64,000 nt of DNA, taken from positions 18,395 through 82,394 of the forward strand of contig CAYFJW010000004.1 of NCBI GenBank assembly GCA_964343875.1, given 5' to 3'. Positions 46,185 through 55,878 of the stretch are shown one piece after another. A model generated the notes under the pieces. The model was not told the origin of the DNA and searched no databases. It saw nothing but the letters and a program-made list of their open reading frames with translations. The stretch's first letter is position 1. The number at the start of each line of letters is the position of its first letter. The position numbers and the translations under genes were made by a program. The stretch is from Candidatus Woesearchaeota archaeon. Lineage in GTDB: Archaea > Nanobdellota > Nanobdellia > SCGC-AAA011-G17 > UBA489.

Positions 46185-46910
46185 TTGCGTTTTTTTGTTG
46201 AAATTATGACCCTAAAGAAGGTGGATTTCAATGAAGAATGGTATAATTGCCTAACTTCGAAGTCCGATGAGAAGGACGTGTTGATTAGCAAGTTTAAGGA
46301 TATTGTTGGGGGAGGAAAGCATAAATCTTGTCTTGAGATAGGTCTTGGGACAACAGCTCATTTTTCAGATAGCATTTCTAATCTCTTTGAGGATTACGCT
46401 ATAGTGGAGAAGGAAGATGTAAAAGTTGATCTCCCAGATAATGTTAGATTGATTAATTCTGATTGGGAAGAACTAGAACTTGACAGAAAATATGATGTTA
46501 TTCTTGCGTCGCATGTGATATACTACTTTAAGGACAAAGAGAAGGCAATACAGAAGATGTTTGATTCTTTGAATCCAGAAGGAATAGTTGTGTTTGTGGT
46601 TAACGGGAAAGATGCAGATTATGGTGTCTTAAAACTTAAATTTTCTGAATTGATTAATGAAGAATATCATTTCACCTATGACGTTCTTAGGGAAATCTTG
46701 GAAGGAAAGAAAATTGAGGAATTTTCTGTGCCTTCTACTGTTGGCTTTAAGAATGCAGAAGATTTATTCAACACTCTAAAGATTTCTTTTGATATGTATC
46801 CTGAAGAATATTTGTCGCTGAAGAAAGAAATGTGTTCTTTTTTTAAAGATAATTTTAAAAATAAGGTTATCTTTAATCAAAAAATTATTGTTTGTAAGAA
46901 GGATCTTTAG
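46185..46910 (+). CDS. Class I SAM-dependent methyltransferase-like protein
   Basis: Motif I-like SCLEIGLGTTAHF and post-I acidic residue; DVILASHVIYYF. Confidence 0.55.
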   Translation: MRFFVEIMTLKKVDFNEEWYNCLTSKSDEKDVLISKFKDIVGGGKHKSCLEIGLGTTAHFSDSISNLFEDYAIVEKEDVKVDLPDNVRLINSDWEELELDRKYDVILASHVIYYFKDKEKAIQKMFDSLNPEGIVVFVVNGKDADYGVLKLKFSELINEEYHFTYDVLREILEGKKIEEFSVPSTVGFKNAEDLFNTLKISFDMYPEEYLSLKKEMCSFFKDNFKNKVIFNQKIIVCKKDL

Positions 46911-46992
46911 GAAGAACTAGTCGAATTATTGGCCCAACTTTAGGAAATGCCTTTGCCAGAATATCTTTATTGACTTAGTTAAACAAGATAAG

Positions 46993-47064
46993 TAGGCGAG
47001 CGGAGAATTGAACTCCGGTCTTAGTCTCCGCAGAACCACGTACTATCCACTATACTACTCGCCT
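46993..47064 (-). tRNA. tRNA-Arg (anticodon GCG)
   Basis: Minus-strand sequence AGGCGAG-TA-GTAT-AGTGGATA-GTAC-G-TGGTT-CTGCGGA-GACTA-AGAC-CGGAG-TTCAATT-CTCCG-CTCGCCT-A folds into a cloverleaf. It has a 7-bp all-Watson-Crick acceptor stem, a D-loop with GG, U33, anticodon GCG, purine 37, a 5-bp T stem with TTCAATT loop, and a 4-nt variable loop. CCA is not encoded. Confidence 0.75.
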
Positions 47065-48151
47065 TTTTCATTTTTCTAATTTTAGCTGTATTCTTGGACC
47101 CAATCTCTTTGATCCATTTTTTTAACATTGTTGGACCATTCAACGTAATGGTGTACTTATAAACTGTGGGGATGTATCCAAGCTTTCTGAACATGCTGTG
47201 TAGCTGATCTATTAATCTTTTAGATTTTATTGTTATTGAAATTACTGGGTACCTCCTGTCCCTAAGGTAGATGCATCCATCTGTATCAAAGAGACCTCTG
47301 ATGAAGTGGAAGTAAATCTTTCTATTCCTTGTATCTAGTACTTTCTTAGGAATTTTTAGCTTTCCAACTTTTTTTCCTGTGGGAAGTTCTAGTTCCTTGT
47401 TCTTGAATTCACAAAGTGCCTTTGAATATATCTCAAATCCACATACACTATTGAGATGCATTAATCTTAAGTCTAAATTGTATAATTTTTTGTATAATCT
47501 TAGCAGGTGGCTTGTGAAATATTCTTTTTCCGTTTTGTTACATTTAACAGAAAAATAATTTTTTGTAGATAAGCATCCATCTCCCATGTGCACTCCTATT
47601 TCCTCGGCTAGTTCTTTTGACATAACCTCTGGAAGTGTCAGCTTTTTACATTTATCATGTTTACTAAAGCTTATTTTCTCTGAATTGAAGAAAACTTTCT
47701 CATTTGTGAAATAATTTTTGTTAGACTTTTCTAACTCTTTGGACTCTAACTCCCTCTTTTTTATTTTTCCTTGGACGGTCATTTTTATTAGGGCCTTTCC
47801 ATGCCTTTTCCATATCGTGTTTTTAACACATTTTGCTTTTTGCCTCATCAAATTTGAGTAGGCTTCTTCTCCAAGCTTTTTCCTTTGACATTGAGCAGAT
47901 CTTTTTCCACCAATCTTTCCTCCTTCTATGGCTCCCCAATTATTATCTTTTTTATCTAATATCTCACTTGGCTTTATTTCTGAAAGAATCAAGAAATCTG
48001 GGATATATCGATTTTCGTATCTATATCCCTTGAGTGTTTTGAAGTTAATTTTTAGCTTTTCTGCTAATTCTTTTAATGTTTTTGCGTTGTTTTTCTTCTT
48101 TAAAATACGGAAGAGCTTTTCTTTAGACTGTAGAGATATTAGAACTCTCAT
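47021..48151 (-). CDS. Free-standing double-motif LAGLIDADG homing-endonuclease-like protein
   Basis: Two LAGLIDADG motifs about 100 aa apart (IGVHMGDGCLS and IRGLFDTDGCIYL); basic N-terminal region; 376 aa. The last 14 codons overlap the 5' half of the tRNA-Arg on the same strand. Confidence 0.75.
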   Translation of the reverse strand: MRVLISLQSKEKLFRILKKKNNAKTLKELAEKLKINFKTLKGYRYENRYIPDFLILSEIKPSEILDKKDNNWGAIEGGKIGGKRSAQCQRKKLGEEAYSNLMRQKAKCVKNTIWKRHGKALIKMTVQGKIKKRELESKELEKSNKNYFTNEKVFFNSEKISFSKHDKCKKLTLPEVMSKELAEEIGVHMGDGCLSTKNYFSVKCNKTEKEYFTSHLLRLYKKLYNLDLRLMHLNSVCGFEIYSKALCEFKNKELELPTGKKVGKLKIPKKVLDTRNRKIYFHFIRGLFDTDGCIYLRDRRYPVISITIKSKRLIDQLHSMFRKLGYIPTVYKYTITLNGPTMLKKWIKEIGSKNTAKIRKMKKASSIVDSTWFCGD

Positions 48152-48246
48152 TTTGGTTCTCGAATGAATGTTTATTTGTTTAAATATTTTATCCAGACTA
48201 AACCGTAAGTATTTTCATTTTATACTGATTTAAACTTTGCATAAAA

Positions 48247-48936
48247 CTAATTCTCTCTTCGTGCAAGGTCAGTGTTTGGTAAGTTCTTCTCTTTTTGAAT
48301 AATAAAAATGTGGCCAGGATGAGACTCTCCATTTATTGTTGTAAAATCTGGATTTTCATAGTGCAAAATGGAAGAATTGTGACTTTCTATAAGGTCTTCC
48401 ATTTCTTTTTTGCTAAAATTGTGTGTTCTAAACCTTTCCGTTCCATCTTTGTTTTTAACAATTACTGTGCCATACTCCTTGGTTGTTTTTTTGTGTTCCA
48501 TATATCTAGCAGAATTATCCGTTTGTCCAAATTCTGATATGTGTAAAATTCCATTTGCTTTAAGAACCCTAAAAATTTCATCCATAACCCTCCTTCTTTC
48601 GTCAGGAGCCATACAAGCTAAAACAGCCTGCGAAATAATAACATCAAAAAAACTATCTTCAAAATTTAAGTTCTTTGCATTTTGAACCGAAAAATTAACA
48701 TCCTTGAGTTCTTTATTTTTTTGAGCCTCTTTAATTGCACTCTTATTTATGTCAATGCCATAAGCTTTACAATTTTTTTCTTTTAAAATATTGCATAATC
48801 TCCCATATCCACAACCCAAATCTAAAACAACCTTATCTGCTTCAATGTGATCAAATAGTTTCTTTGAAAAACTAGAAGTGGCTGGCACGTTCTTACCTTC
48901 AATTTTTTCCCATTTTTCGAAACTCACCTCATTCAC
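48247..48936 (-). CDS. Class I SAM-dependent methyltransferase
   Basis: Motif I VLDLGCGYGRL, acidic motif II YGIDIN, motif IV FDVIISQAVL. Confidence 0.7.
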   Translation of the reverse strand: MNEVSFEKWEKIEGKNVPATSSFSKKLFDHIEADKVVLDLGCGYGRLCNILKEKNCKAYGIDINKSAIKEAQKNKELKDVNFSVQNAKNLNFEDSFFDVIISQAVLACMAPDERRRVMDEIFRVLKANGILHISEFGQTDNSARYMEHKKTTKEYGTVIVKNKDGTERFRTHNFSKKEMEDLIESHNSSILHYENPDFTTINGESHPGHIFIIQKEKNLPNTDLARREN

Positions 48937-49034
48937 CCTGTATCCAATATTTTTATAATTTGCTTTTTGTGCAAAAAAGCCTTTTCTGGAGGTTTAGTAA
49001 GTTTTATAAATCCATTTCAGGGTTTTTTGGTAAG

Positions 49035-49211
49035 ATGGACAAGAAATCAAATAAGTGCGCTAGTACAGGCGTAGACATTACTAATGACAAGGGAAGCGTC
49101 ATTTTTGATTGCCCTGGATGTGGTAAACAGAAGGTAATAAGGTCTTATAATGCTAGACAGACATCTGCTCAGTATGTTTGTGGAGAATGCGGATTCATAG
49201 GTCCCAATTAG
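49035..49211 (+). CDS. Small C4 zinc-ribbon protein (58 aa), starting at MDKKSNKC
   Basis: CPGCGKQ ... CGECGF. Confidence 0.45.
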   Translation: MDKKSNKCASTGVDITNDKGSVIFDCPGCGKQKVIRSYNARQTSAQYVCGECGFIGPN

Positions 49212-49219
49212 GTATTAAA

Positions 49220-49498
49220 ATGGCTAAGGTAATTGTTACGTTTAAAGTTATGCCTGAAAGTTTAGAGGTTGATCTAAACGAGGTTAAAGAACTTCTTAAG
49301 AAGCAAATTACTGATTTTGATGGGATTATTAATGGTGAGATGACTGAAGAGCCGGTTGCTTTTGGTTTGAAAGCTGTTATGGTTAAGTTTGCTTATGATG
49401 AGTCTAAGGGAACAACTGATGATCTGGAAGATAAGTTGACTAGCGAAGAGATAGTTCAGAGTGTTGAAGTTGTAAGTGTTGGAAGGGCAATGGGATAA
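49220..49498 (+). CDS. ef1b: Translation elongation factor aEF-1 beta
   Basis: MAKVIVTFKVMPESLEVDLNEVKELLKKQI ... VAFGLKAV matches the archaeal EF-1beta pattern; about 92 aa. Confidence 0.8.
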   Translation: MAKVIVTFKVMPESLEVDLNEVKELLKKQITDFDGIINGEMTEEPVAFGLKAVMVKFAYDESKGTTDDLEDKLTSEEIVQSVEVVSVGRAMG

Positions 49499-49527
49499 TT
49501 TTTATATCTTGATCGTATTGTTTTAAC

Positions 49528-50049
49528 ATGGCAGAAGAGAAGAAGTGTATTTTTTGTGGAATTGCTGATGGGTCTATGCAGAGTGCAAAGATCTATGAAG
49601 ATGATTTAGTTGTTTGTGTTTTAGATATTTTTCCTGCTTCAAAAGGTCATGTTTTAGTTATTCCTAAGAAGCATATTGCTATTAGTGCGCAGTTGGACGA
49701 TAATTTGTCTGCGCATTTGTTTAATGTTGGGAACAAAATGTCTGCATTATTGTTTGAAGCGATGAAGGCACAAGGGACTAATTTGTTGATTGCAAATGGT
49801 GATGTTGCTGGGCAGAAGGTTGATCATTTGGTTTTACACGTTATTCCCAGGTATCCAGAAGATGGTGTTAATATTTCTTGGAATGCCGAACAGATTAAAG
49901 AAGATGAATTGAAGGATACTTTTGAGAAGATTACTTCTATGACTCAAGGTAAACGAGAAGTAAGGGAAGAACCAAAAGAGGAACCTAAGAAAGAGGTTGT
50001 TGAAGAGATAGAAGAAGAGACTTTTGATGAGGAAGAGAGGATTCCTTAG
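49528..50049 (+). CDS. HIT-family (histidine triad) hydrolase with acidic C-terminal tail
   Basis: HVLVIPKKHI and histidine triad DHLVLHVIPR. Confidence 0.8.
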   Translation: MAEEKKCIFCGIADGSMQSAKIYEDDLVVCVLDIFPASKGHVLVIPKKHIAISAQLDDNLSAHLFNVGNKMSALLFEAMKAQGTNLLIANGDVAGQKVDHLVLHVIPRYPEDGVNISWNAEQIKEDELKDTFEKITSMTQGKREVREEPKEEPKKEVVEEIEEETFDEEERIP

Positions 50050-50924
50050 ATAACTGGAAGGAATAGGGCCCCCCCAACGATTAATGTTACTATCGTGCCT
50101 ATTAGGAAAGGGGGTACGAAGGGAATGCCTTCCTTGACTAGGACTTGTTTTATGTTTGCTTTTTTTAGTAGCGATATTTCTTTTTTGTTTATCCCGTAGG
50201 GGTTGACTTTGTAGATTAGTTTTTTATTTTTGTAAACATCTTTTTGTACCCAGTCTCCCACTGTTAGTTTGTTGACTGGAGTTTCTTTGTACATGCATGC
50301 CAGTTCTGTGCTCTTTAGTGCGGTTATCAAGTAAGGAGCTATTAATAATATTAATGAAAGCGTCCCTATTAATAATCCTGCACTTGCAGGGAATATTGTG
50401 AAGGATGAAATGAACAATAGTGTCGCAATAATTAACATGCCTATTTTAATTCCAATTGTTTTATATGAGTTGTTTAGTTTTTTGAATTCTTTTTTGAATG
50501 CAACCTTGTTTTTTAGTGAAAGGTGTAGGGCAAAGAATATTCCATATATTGCCCCAATTATTAAGATGTTCAATAGTAAAATTGCTGGAAATGGAATTAT
50601 TGAAGTTTCTGCTAAGTAAGCTGGTCTTATTGCGAATGCAGAACCCAGTGCAGTTATTAGTTTTGTATCCCCTCCGCCCCACTGTCTAGTGTAGTACATT
50701 ATGTTTCCAAATATGAAGAATATTGCAAAGAAGATTAATGTTTGGACTATATAGGTTGAATCTTTTAATAGGATGGACTCTACCCCTCTGGTTGCGATCA
50801 CGAAGAAGAGTAAGCTATAGCTTAGCCAATCTGGGATTTCTCTTGTTCTTAAGTCTGAGAATGAGGCGATAGTTAGGATAACTAATGTGGCTGCTGTGAT
50901 CAGGATATCGAATAATACGATCAT
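50046..50924 (-). CDS. A24-family prepilin / preflagellin peptidase (PibD/FlaK/EppA-like)
   Basis: Catalytic Asp boxes SFSDLRTREIPDWL and RQWGGGDTKLITALG; polytopic; 292 aa. Confidence 0.8.
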   Translation of the reverse strand: MIVLFDILITAATLVILTIASFSDLRTREIPDWLSYSLLFFVIATRGVESILLKDSTYIVQTLIFFAIFFIFGNIMYYTRQWGGGDTKLITALGSAFAIRPAYLAETSIIPFPAILLLNILIIGAIYGIFFALHLSLKNKVAFKKEFKKLNNSYKTIGIKIGMLIIATLLFISSFTIFPASAGLLIGTLSLILLIAPYLITALKSTELACMYKETPVNKLTVGDWVQKDVYKNKKLIYKVNPYGINKKEISLLKKANIKQVLVKEGIPFVPPFLIGTIVTLIVGGALFLPVI

Positions 50925-50976
50925 TGCTTTATAAGCATCCGAATAGGTTTATAAACTTTTTAGATTTTTTTAGAGA

Positions 50977-52041
50977 GTGGTTTCTATCGTTGGGGCTGGA
51001 CCAGTGGGGAATTATTTAGCTAGTAAGCTTTCTTCTAATGGGTTGAAGGTTGATATTTATGAGGAGCATGCTAGGGTAGGAGTTCCTATTGCTTGTACGG
51101 GAATATTGACTTCTTACTTGTCTGATTTTGTAAAGGTTAGTGAAGATTACTTAGTGAATAAGATCGATAGAACTGATGTTTATTCTCCGGACGGTAATTC
51201 GGTGAGTATCAAATTGAAGAGGAATTTCATAGTTGATAGAACTTTGTTTGATGCTCATTTTGCCGAAGTTGCTGAGTCTAATGGCGCTAAATTGCATACA
51301 GGGTGTAAATTAGTTTCTCTGAATAAAAATGTAATGAAATTTAAGAATGGTCAGAGTGTTAAGAGCGATGTTATTGTTGGTGCGGATGGTCCGAATAGTG
51401 TTGTTGCGAGAAGTAGTGGTATCTTTGGTGATAGGAAATTCGTTGTTGGGCATCAGGCCAGAGTTAAGTTGAAAGAGAAAGTTGATCCTAACGTGGTTGA
51501 ATTCTTTTTAGACGAAGGGAATTATATTGGGTGGCTAGTCCCTGAAGATGATAAGGTTGTTAGGCTGGGTGTTGCTTCGCATGTAGGGACAGATAATTAT
51601 TTTAATAATCTTTTGAAGAAAAGGGACGGAAAAGTTTTGGGTTGGCAGAGCGGAGTTATTCCAGTTTATAGTCCAAAATTAAAAATTGAGAATGATAATG
51701 TATTTTTGGTTGGTGATGCTGCGACACAAGTTAAGGCTACGACTTATGGAGGAATTATTCCTGGGATGAATGCTGCAAATGTTTTGAGTGATGTCATTTT
51801 AGATGGCGGAAGTTATACCAAGGGTGTTAAGAAGACAATTGGTAGGTCTTTGAAGACACATCTACTTATTAGGAAATTAATGAATAAGTTTTCTAAGAGA
51901 GATTTTAATGAATTGGTTAAAATGTGTAATAAAAAATCTGTTAAGGATTTAATTTATGAACATGATCGAGAGTATCCTAAGAAGTTGTTACTTTCTATGT
52001 TGTTAAAAGAACCAAGATTTTTGAAATTTATTCGCTTGTAG
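50977..52041 (+). CDS. Geranylgeranyl reductase family FAD-dependent oxidoreductase
   Basis: N-terminal FAD-binding motif IVGAGPVGNYLA ... DIYEEH and GADGPNSVV. Confidence 0.7.
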   Translation: MVSIVGAGPVGNYLASKLSSNGLKVDIYEEHARVGVPIACTGILTSYLSDFVKVSEDYLVNKIDRTDVYSPDGNSVSIKLKRNFIVDRTLFDAHFAEVAESNGAKLHTGCKLVSLNKNVMKFKNGQSVKSDVIVGADGPNSVVARSSGIFGDRKFVVGHQARVKLKEKVDPNVVEFFLDEGNYIGWLVPEDDKVVRLGVASHVGTDNYFNNLLKKRDGKVLGWQSGVIPVYSPKLKIENDNVFLVGDAATQVKATTYGGIIPGMNAANVLSDVILDGGSYTKGVKKTIGRSLKTHLLIRKLMNKFSKRDFNELVKMCNKKSVKDLIYEHDREYPKKLLLSMLLKEPRFLKFIRL

Positions 52042-52426
52042 TTCTAATAGCATCTCTTATTTCTGGCATGTCTTCTAGTCTATCATTTCTTCTTCTGTTT
52101 CTTAGCGCTAATGCGCCTGCGCCGAGTAATGCCCCTGTTGCTACACCCGCGCCGACAGGTAGCCATGGAAATCTATTTTCATCTACAGTTCTTTCTTGTG
52201 CTGGTTGAACTGGTGCAAAATGATATCTTGTGTTGCTTTCAGAAGGACCATCTAATTTTATATGACAAGCTCCGTAGAATGCTGTTACTGCTAAAGTTGC
52301 TAGGGCAATTCTTTTTCCTAGGTTGGGGGAAATTGCATTTAGTCCATTATATGTTCCAACTGTAGCTCCCTTGATTAGCCTTCCCACGTCTTTTACAAGA
52401 CAATAATCTTCTTGTGTGTTTGTCAT
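52028..52426 (-). CDS. Hypothetical protein with C-terminal Gly/Ala-rich TM segment followed by basic residues
   Basis: 132 aa; local GC is clearly above the window average; LPVGAGVATGALLGAGALALRNRRRN. Confidence 0.3.
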   Translation of the reverse strand: MTNTQEDYCLVKDVGRLIKGATVGTYNGLNAISPNLGKRIALATLAVTAFYGACHIKLDGPSESNTRYHFAPVQPAQERTVDENRFPWLPVGAGVATGALLGAGALALRNRRRNDRLEDMPEIRDAIRTTSE

Positions 52427-52558
52427 TTTGTTAAAATCACTAATTTTGAGGGGGGATTGATGTTTATAAGCTTTACTCTTTTTGTCACTTTGAAGTAGTT
52501 ATTGATCTAGCTTCTTAGGTCTAAAAATGTTTAAATATGTTGTAGGGGCTCTAATTTT

Positions 52559-53071
52559 ATGCTTAATGGTGATTTGGGGACTTTAGTTCAAGATTATCAT
52601 TTTGAAAAGATTCCTGGGACTAGAGGGCACGAACGGAGTTTATTTGGTCCGGTTATGCCGGAGGAAGGGGATGAAGTTTTGGTTCCTGAGAACGAAGGGA
52701 TTGTGGGTTCACTAGAGCGCTTTTATTGTCATGATTACTCTGGTATGCTTCCTTTTTCTGGGATATTACATGATTTAGGTGGAGTTGCATTGGCACTTTT
52801 TGCAGGGGCCTCTAGACGTGTTGGGGCTTTGCCTGCTCTTGCCTTGGCTACAGGCGTTGCTTTTGTTCCTGAAGCTGTAAACTGGTCTTATGGTCATCTT
52901 GAAAGTAGCCAGGTTCCTCTCCAGGCCGGAATGGATGTTGGGAAAGTTGCACTCGGATATTTTGCAGGAAGATTTATTGGCGCTAGAAGAAATGAGACGT
53001 GTGTTGGCGATGTGATTAATTATGAAACTCGTTCGAGAGGATGGAAGCCTAAATGGTGGCCCAAAGGTTGA
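52559..53071 (+). CDS. Hypothetical protein (Ala/Gly-rich), elevated GC
   Basis: 170-aa ORF divergent from 52028..52426; GC content unlike neighbouring genes. Confidence 0.3.
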   Translation: MLNGDLGTLVQDYHFEKIPGTRGHERSLFGPVMPEEGDEVLVPENEGIVGSLERFYCHDYSGMLPFSGILHDLGGVALALFAGASRRVGALPALALATGVAFVPEAVNWSYGHLESSQVPLQAGMDVGKVALGYFAGRFIGARRNETCVGDVINYETRSRGWKPKWWPKG

Positions 53072-53118
53072 TTCAGCAAGATTTAAATATGCAGGAGAAC
53101 GGTTAATACGTAATTGAG

Positions 53119-54345
53119 GTGTTTAATATAACTAATAATTATAATTTTTCTAGGAGAAATAAAAAAGGAGCGGTGCCTGGTGCAGCTTATTTGGTAATGA
53201 TGATTGCCTTGTTTTTAGTTTTGTATGTTGTTATGTTGCCAGAAGGTGAAAAATTAGAGATTATGGGTGAAGATGGGGGTGTTTATCCGGGACAAGGAGT
53301 GCCTTTGGAGAATGGGAAACTTTTAGAGCCTTCTTCTTTGTTGTTGAGCGATAGTCCAGGATTGATGAAACCATTTTTGTATGATGTTACTCAGAGAAAT
53401 CTTGCTAGTGTTAACTTATTTTCCATTGAGGAACAAGACTATGAGTCTATTGCAAATAATCTACATTTAGAAAGTAGTGTGTTTAAGAGCGACCAGGTTG
53501 ACTTTGTTTTCACTGTTAATGATTTAGGTAATTTAAGAGACATTAAGTTGTTGTTCTTTGTTATTGAAGGTGAAGGTGAACTTGTTGTTAAACTAAACGG
53601 TGCTAAAATATTAACTGGCGAAGTTACAAATGAGATGTTGCCTTTAGTGTTGCCTAGATCGATGATTGGTGATGTGAATACATTAACATTTGAAGTTAAG
53701 AGTCCGAGTCTATTCCAGTTCGTTTCATCTAATGAGTATACCTTGAAAGATGTTGTGTTGGTTAAGAATTACTTAGTTCAGAATAATTATGAGGCAAGAC
53801 AATTTGTGTTATCTGGGTCTGAATTAGCCGATATTAATCATATGTCATTATTGTATCGTTTGAATTGCATGACTGTTAATGAGAATGGAAGGATCAGGAT
53901 AATGTTAAATGGGAGAATTGTTCATGATGCTTTGGCAGTTTGTGATGCTGGGGTAACTCAAGTTGATTTTAGTTTAGCTGACTTGATTGAAGGAAGGAAT
54001 GTTCTAGAATTTTCAGTGGATGCGGGACAGTACGTGCTGGAGAATCCGGTTGTTGAGATAGATTATACTCAGCAGGATTACTATAGGTATTACTTTATTA
54101 TGGAGCCTCCGGATGTGTTTGAGCTTGTGAATGGAGCAGATGTAGTTCTAAAGGCGCGATTTACTAATGATGAATATATTAAAGCAGGTACATTTTTTGT
54201 GAATGGGTATCCTGTTGATTTTGATACTAATAGGGATGAGTTCGTAACTAATCTGAATGGACTAGTTTATGAGGGCCAGAATGTAATAACCATTGTGCCA
54301 GACACTACATTTGAGATGGTGACTCTTGATGTCTTCCTTGCTTAG
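53119..54345 (+). CDS. Large pilin-like / surface protein with class-III signal-peptide-like N-terminus
   Basis: RRNKKG|AVPGAAYLVMMIALFLVLYVV; 408 aa. Confidence 0.45.
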   Translation: MFNITNNYNFSRRNKKGAVPGAAYLVMMIALFLVLYVVMLPEGEKLEIMGEDGGVYPGQGVPLENGKLLEPSSLLLSDSPGLMKPFLYDVTQRNLASVNLFSIEEQDYESIANNLHLESSVFKSDQVDFVFTVNDLGNLRDIKLLFFVIEGEGELVVKLNGAKILTGEVTNEMLPLVLPRSMIGDVNTLTFEVKSPSLFQFVSSNEYTLKDVVLVKNYLVQNNYEARQFVLSGSELADINHMSLLYRLNCMTVNENGRIRIMLNGRIVHDALAVCDAGVTQVDFSLADLIEGRNVLEFSVDAGQYVLENPVVEIDYTQQDYYRYYFIMEPPDVFELVNGADVVLKARFTNDEYIKAGTFFVNGYPVDFDTNRDEFVTNLNGLVYEGQNVITIVPDTTFEMVTLDVFLA

Positions 54346-54360
54346 TATGTTTTTTGAGGT

Positions 54361-55878
54361 GTGATGTTGGCAGAAAATACTGGAAGTGAAAATGCAGGCT
54401 CTTCACGAATGAGGAGGGCTTCAGAAAGAGTTAAGGCTGGGGCTAGAAAGGTTAAATCTGGCACTGATAGGTTTAACCAGTTTTCTGATGAGAAGGTTAA
54501 TTGGCAGGAGCTAATGAAATTTGCACTTGCAATTCTTGGGTTTTGGGTTGCTGCACAGTTTTTACAAGGATCTTTTTTACTTTGGATTGTTTGGTCGGCC
54601 TTAGGTTTGTTTTTGTTGTTTCAGGTTTTGAAATTTATTCCTGTTCCGTTATTTATTAAGAATCTTGTTAAGTTTATTGTGGTGTTTGGAATAATTGTAA
54701 TTGGTGTTATGTTTATTGTTTCAGGTTTTAGAACTGGTGGTTGGAAGGATTTATTGATTGGTGTTGAAGAAACTGGTGCCGAGAAAGCAGTTGGAACTTC
54801 CTTAGCAAAACTGTGGGGTAATATTATACACCCTGAAAGGATATATGAGGAGTATAGGGATTTTGATAAGGTGGATGTTTCAGAAGAGAGTGTTAAGAAG
54901 GGAATAGAATTCTTTGACCTTAGGACGAGGAGACCGTGGTTTGAGGAAGAAGATGAAATAACACTTTATGGTTCAGCAAGAATAACAGCACTGCCTGATA
55001 GCGATACGAAGGTTGCATTTAATTGTAATATTAATGATACCGATATTGAAAGCAAGGATTATGATCCCAAAGGGAAGTTAACCTTAAGGGGAATTGAAGG
55101 AAATTCAATAAATGTTTATGCTGGCCACGATGAAGTTGTTAGTTTTGAATGTAAGCTTAATGGAATCCCCTTGAATTTAAGTGAGAAGGCGAGGAAAGAT
55201 AAAGAAGAAGATTCAAGAACTTACACTTCTTTGGTTGAAGGAATTTATTATGATTTTACAACTACAACTGTGTTAAATATTTATAATGTGAAGAAAGAGG
55301 AGTATGATTTGTTAACTGATGCTGAAAATTTGATTCCTAATAAAAATTTAAATGGCAGGGTTTCAAGTGAATGTATAGAGGGCTGTGGGCTTACAACAGT
55401 TCCATTAACAACGGATCAATTAATACAAACCGAAATTGGTTCTAATTTATTGGGGATTGCTTTGAAGAAGGATGCTGATTGGTACGGGGAAATTGATAGC
55501 GTTTCAAAGATTGATGTTAGAATGCCCGACAACTTCCAATTAATTGCGTGCGATCATTTTGGAGGCGATAGTATTTTGGATGATAGTGATCCTTACCTGG
55601 CTGTGTTAAACCAAGATTTGAGGGACAAGGAATATGGAAGCGCACGGGACTTTTCATTTTATTGTGATTATAATATTGTGAGGCCAAGGGTATTCTTGGG
55701 GCCAAGTGAAATATCAGTTGATACCACTTATAACTACAAGGTTGAAGGGAAGAAAGCAGTTAAGATTATTGAGAAAAAGATAATAAGCACAGGAAATAAC
55801 GATAATATAGCTGATCCTGGGGCTGGAAGTGGCTCTAGTGGTGAAGGGGAAGGAGATACGAGGTATTATTATGCGTAA
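54361..55878 (+). CDS. Membrane-anchored large extracytoplasmic protein, hypothetical
   Basis: Basic N-terminus, then 3 TM helices, then a 380-aa hydrophilic domain. Confidence 0.45.
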   Translation: MMLAENTGSENAGSSRMRRASERVKAGARKVKSGTDRFNQFSDEKVNWQELMKFALAILGFWVAAQFLQGSFLLWIVWSALGLFLLFQVLKFIPVPLFIKNLVKFIVVFGIIVIGVMFIVSGFRTGGWKDLLIGVEETGAEKAVGTSLAKLWGNIIHPERIYEEYRDFDKVDVSEESVKKGIEFFDLRTRRPWFEEEDEITLYGSARITALPDSDTKVAFNCNINDTDIESKDYDPKGKLTLRGIEGNSINVYAGHDEVVSFECKLNGIPLNLSEKARKDKEEDSRTYTSLVEGIYYDFTTTTVLNIYNVKKEEYDLLTDAENLIPNKNLNGRVSSECIEGCGLTTVPLTTDQLIQTEIGSNLLGIALKKDADWYGEIDSVSKIDVRMPDNFQLIACDHFGGDSILDDSDPYLAVLNQDLRDKEYGSARDFSFYCDYNIVRPRVFLGPSEISVDTTYNYKVEGKKAVKIIEKKIISTGNNDNIADPGAGSGSSGEGEGDTRYYYA

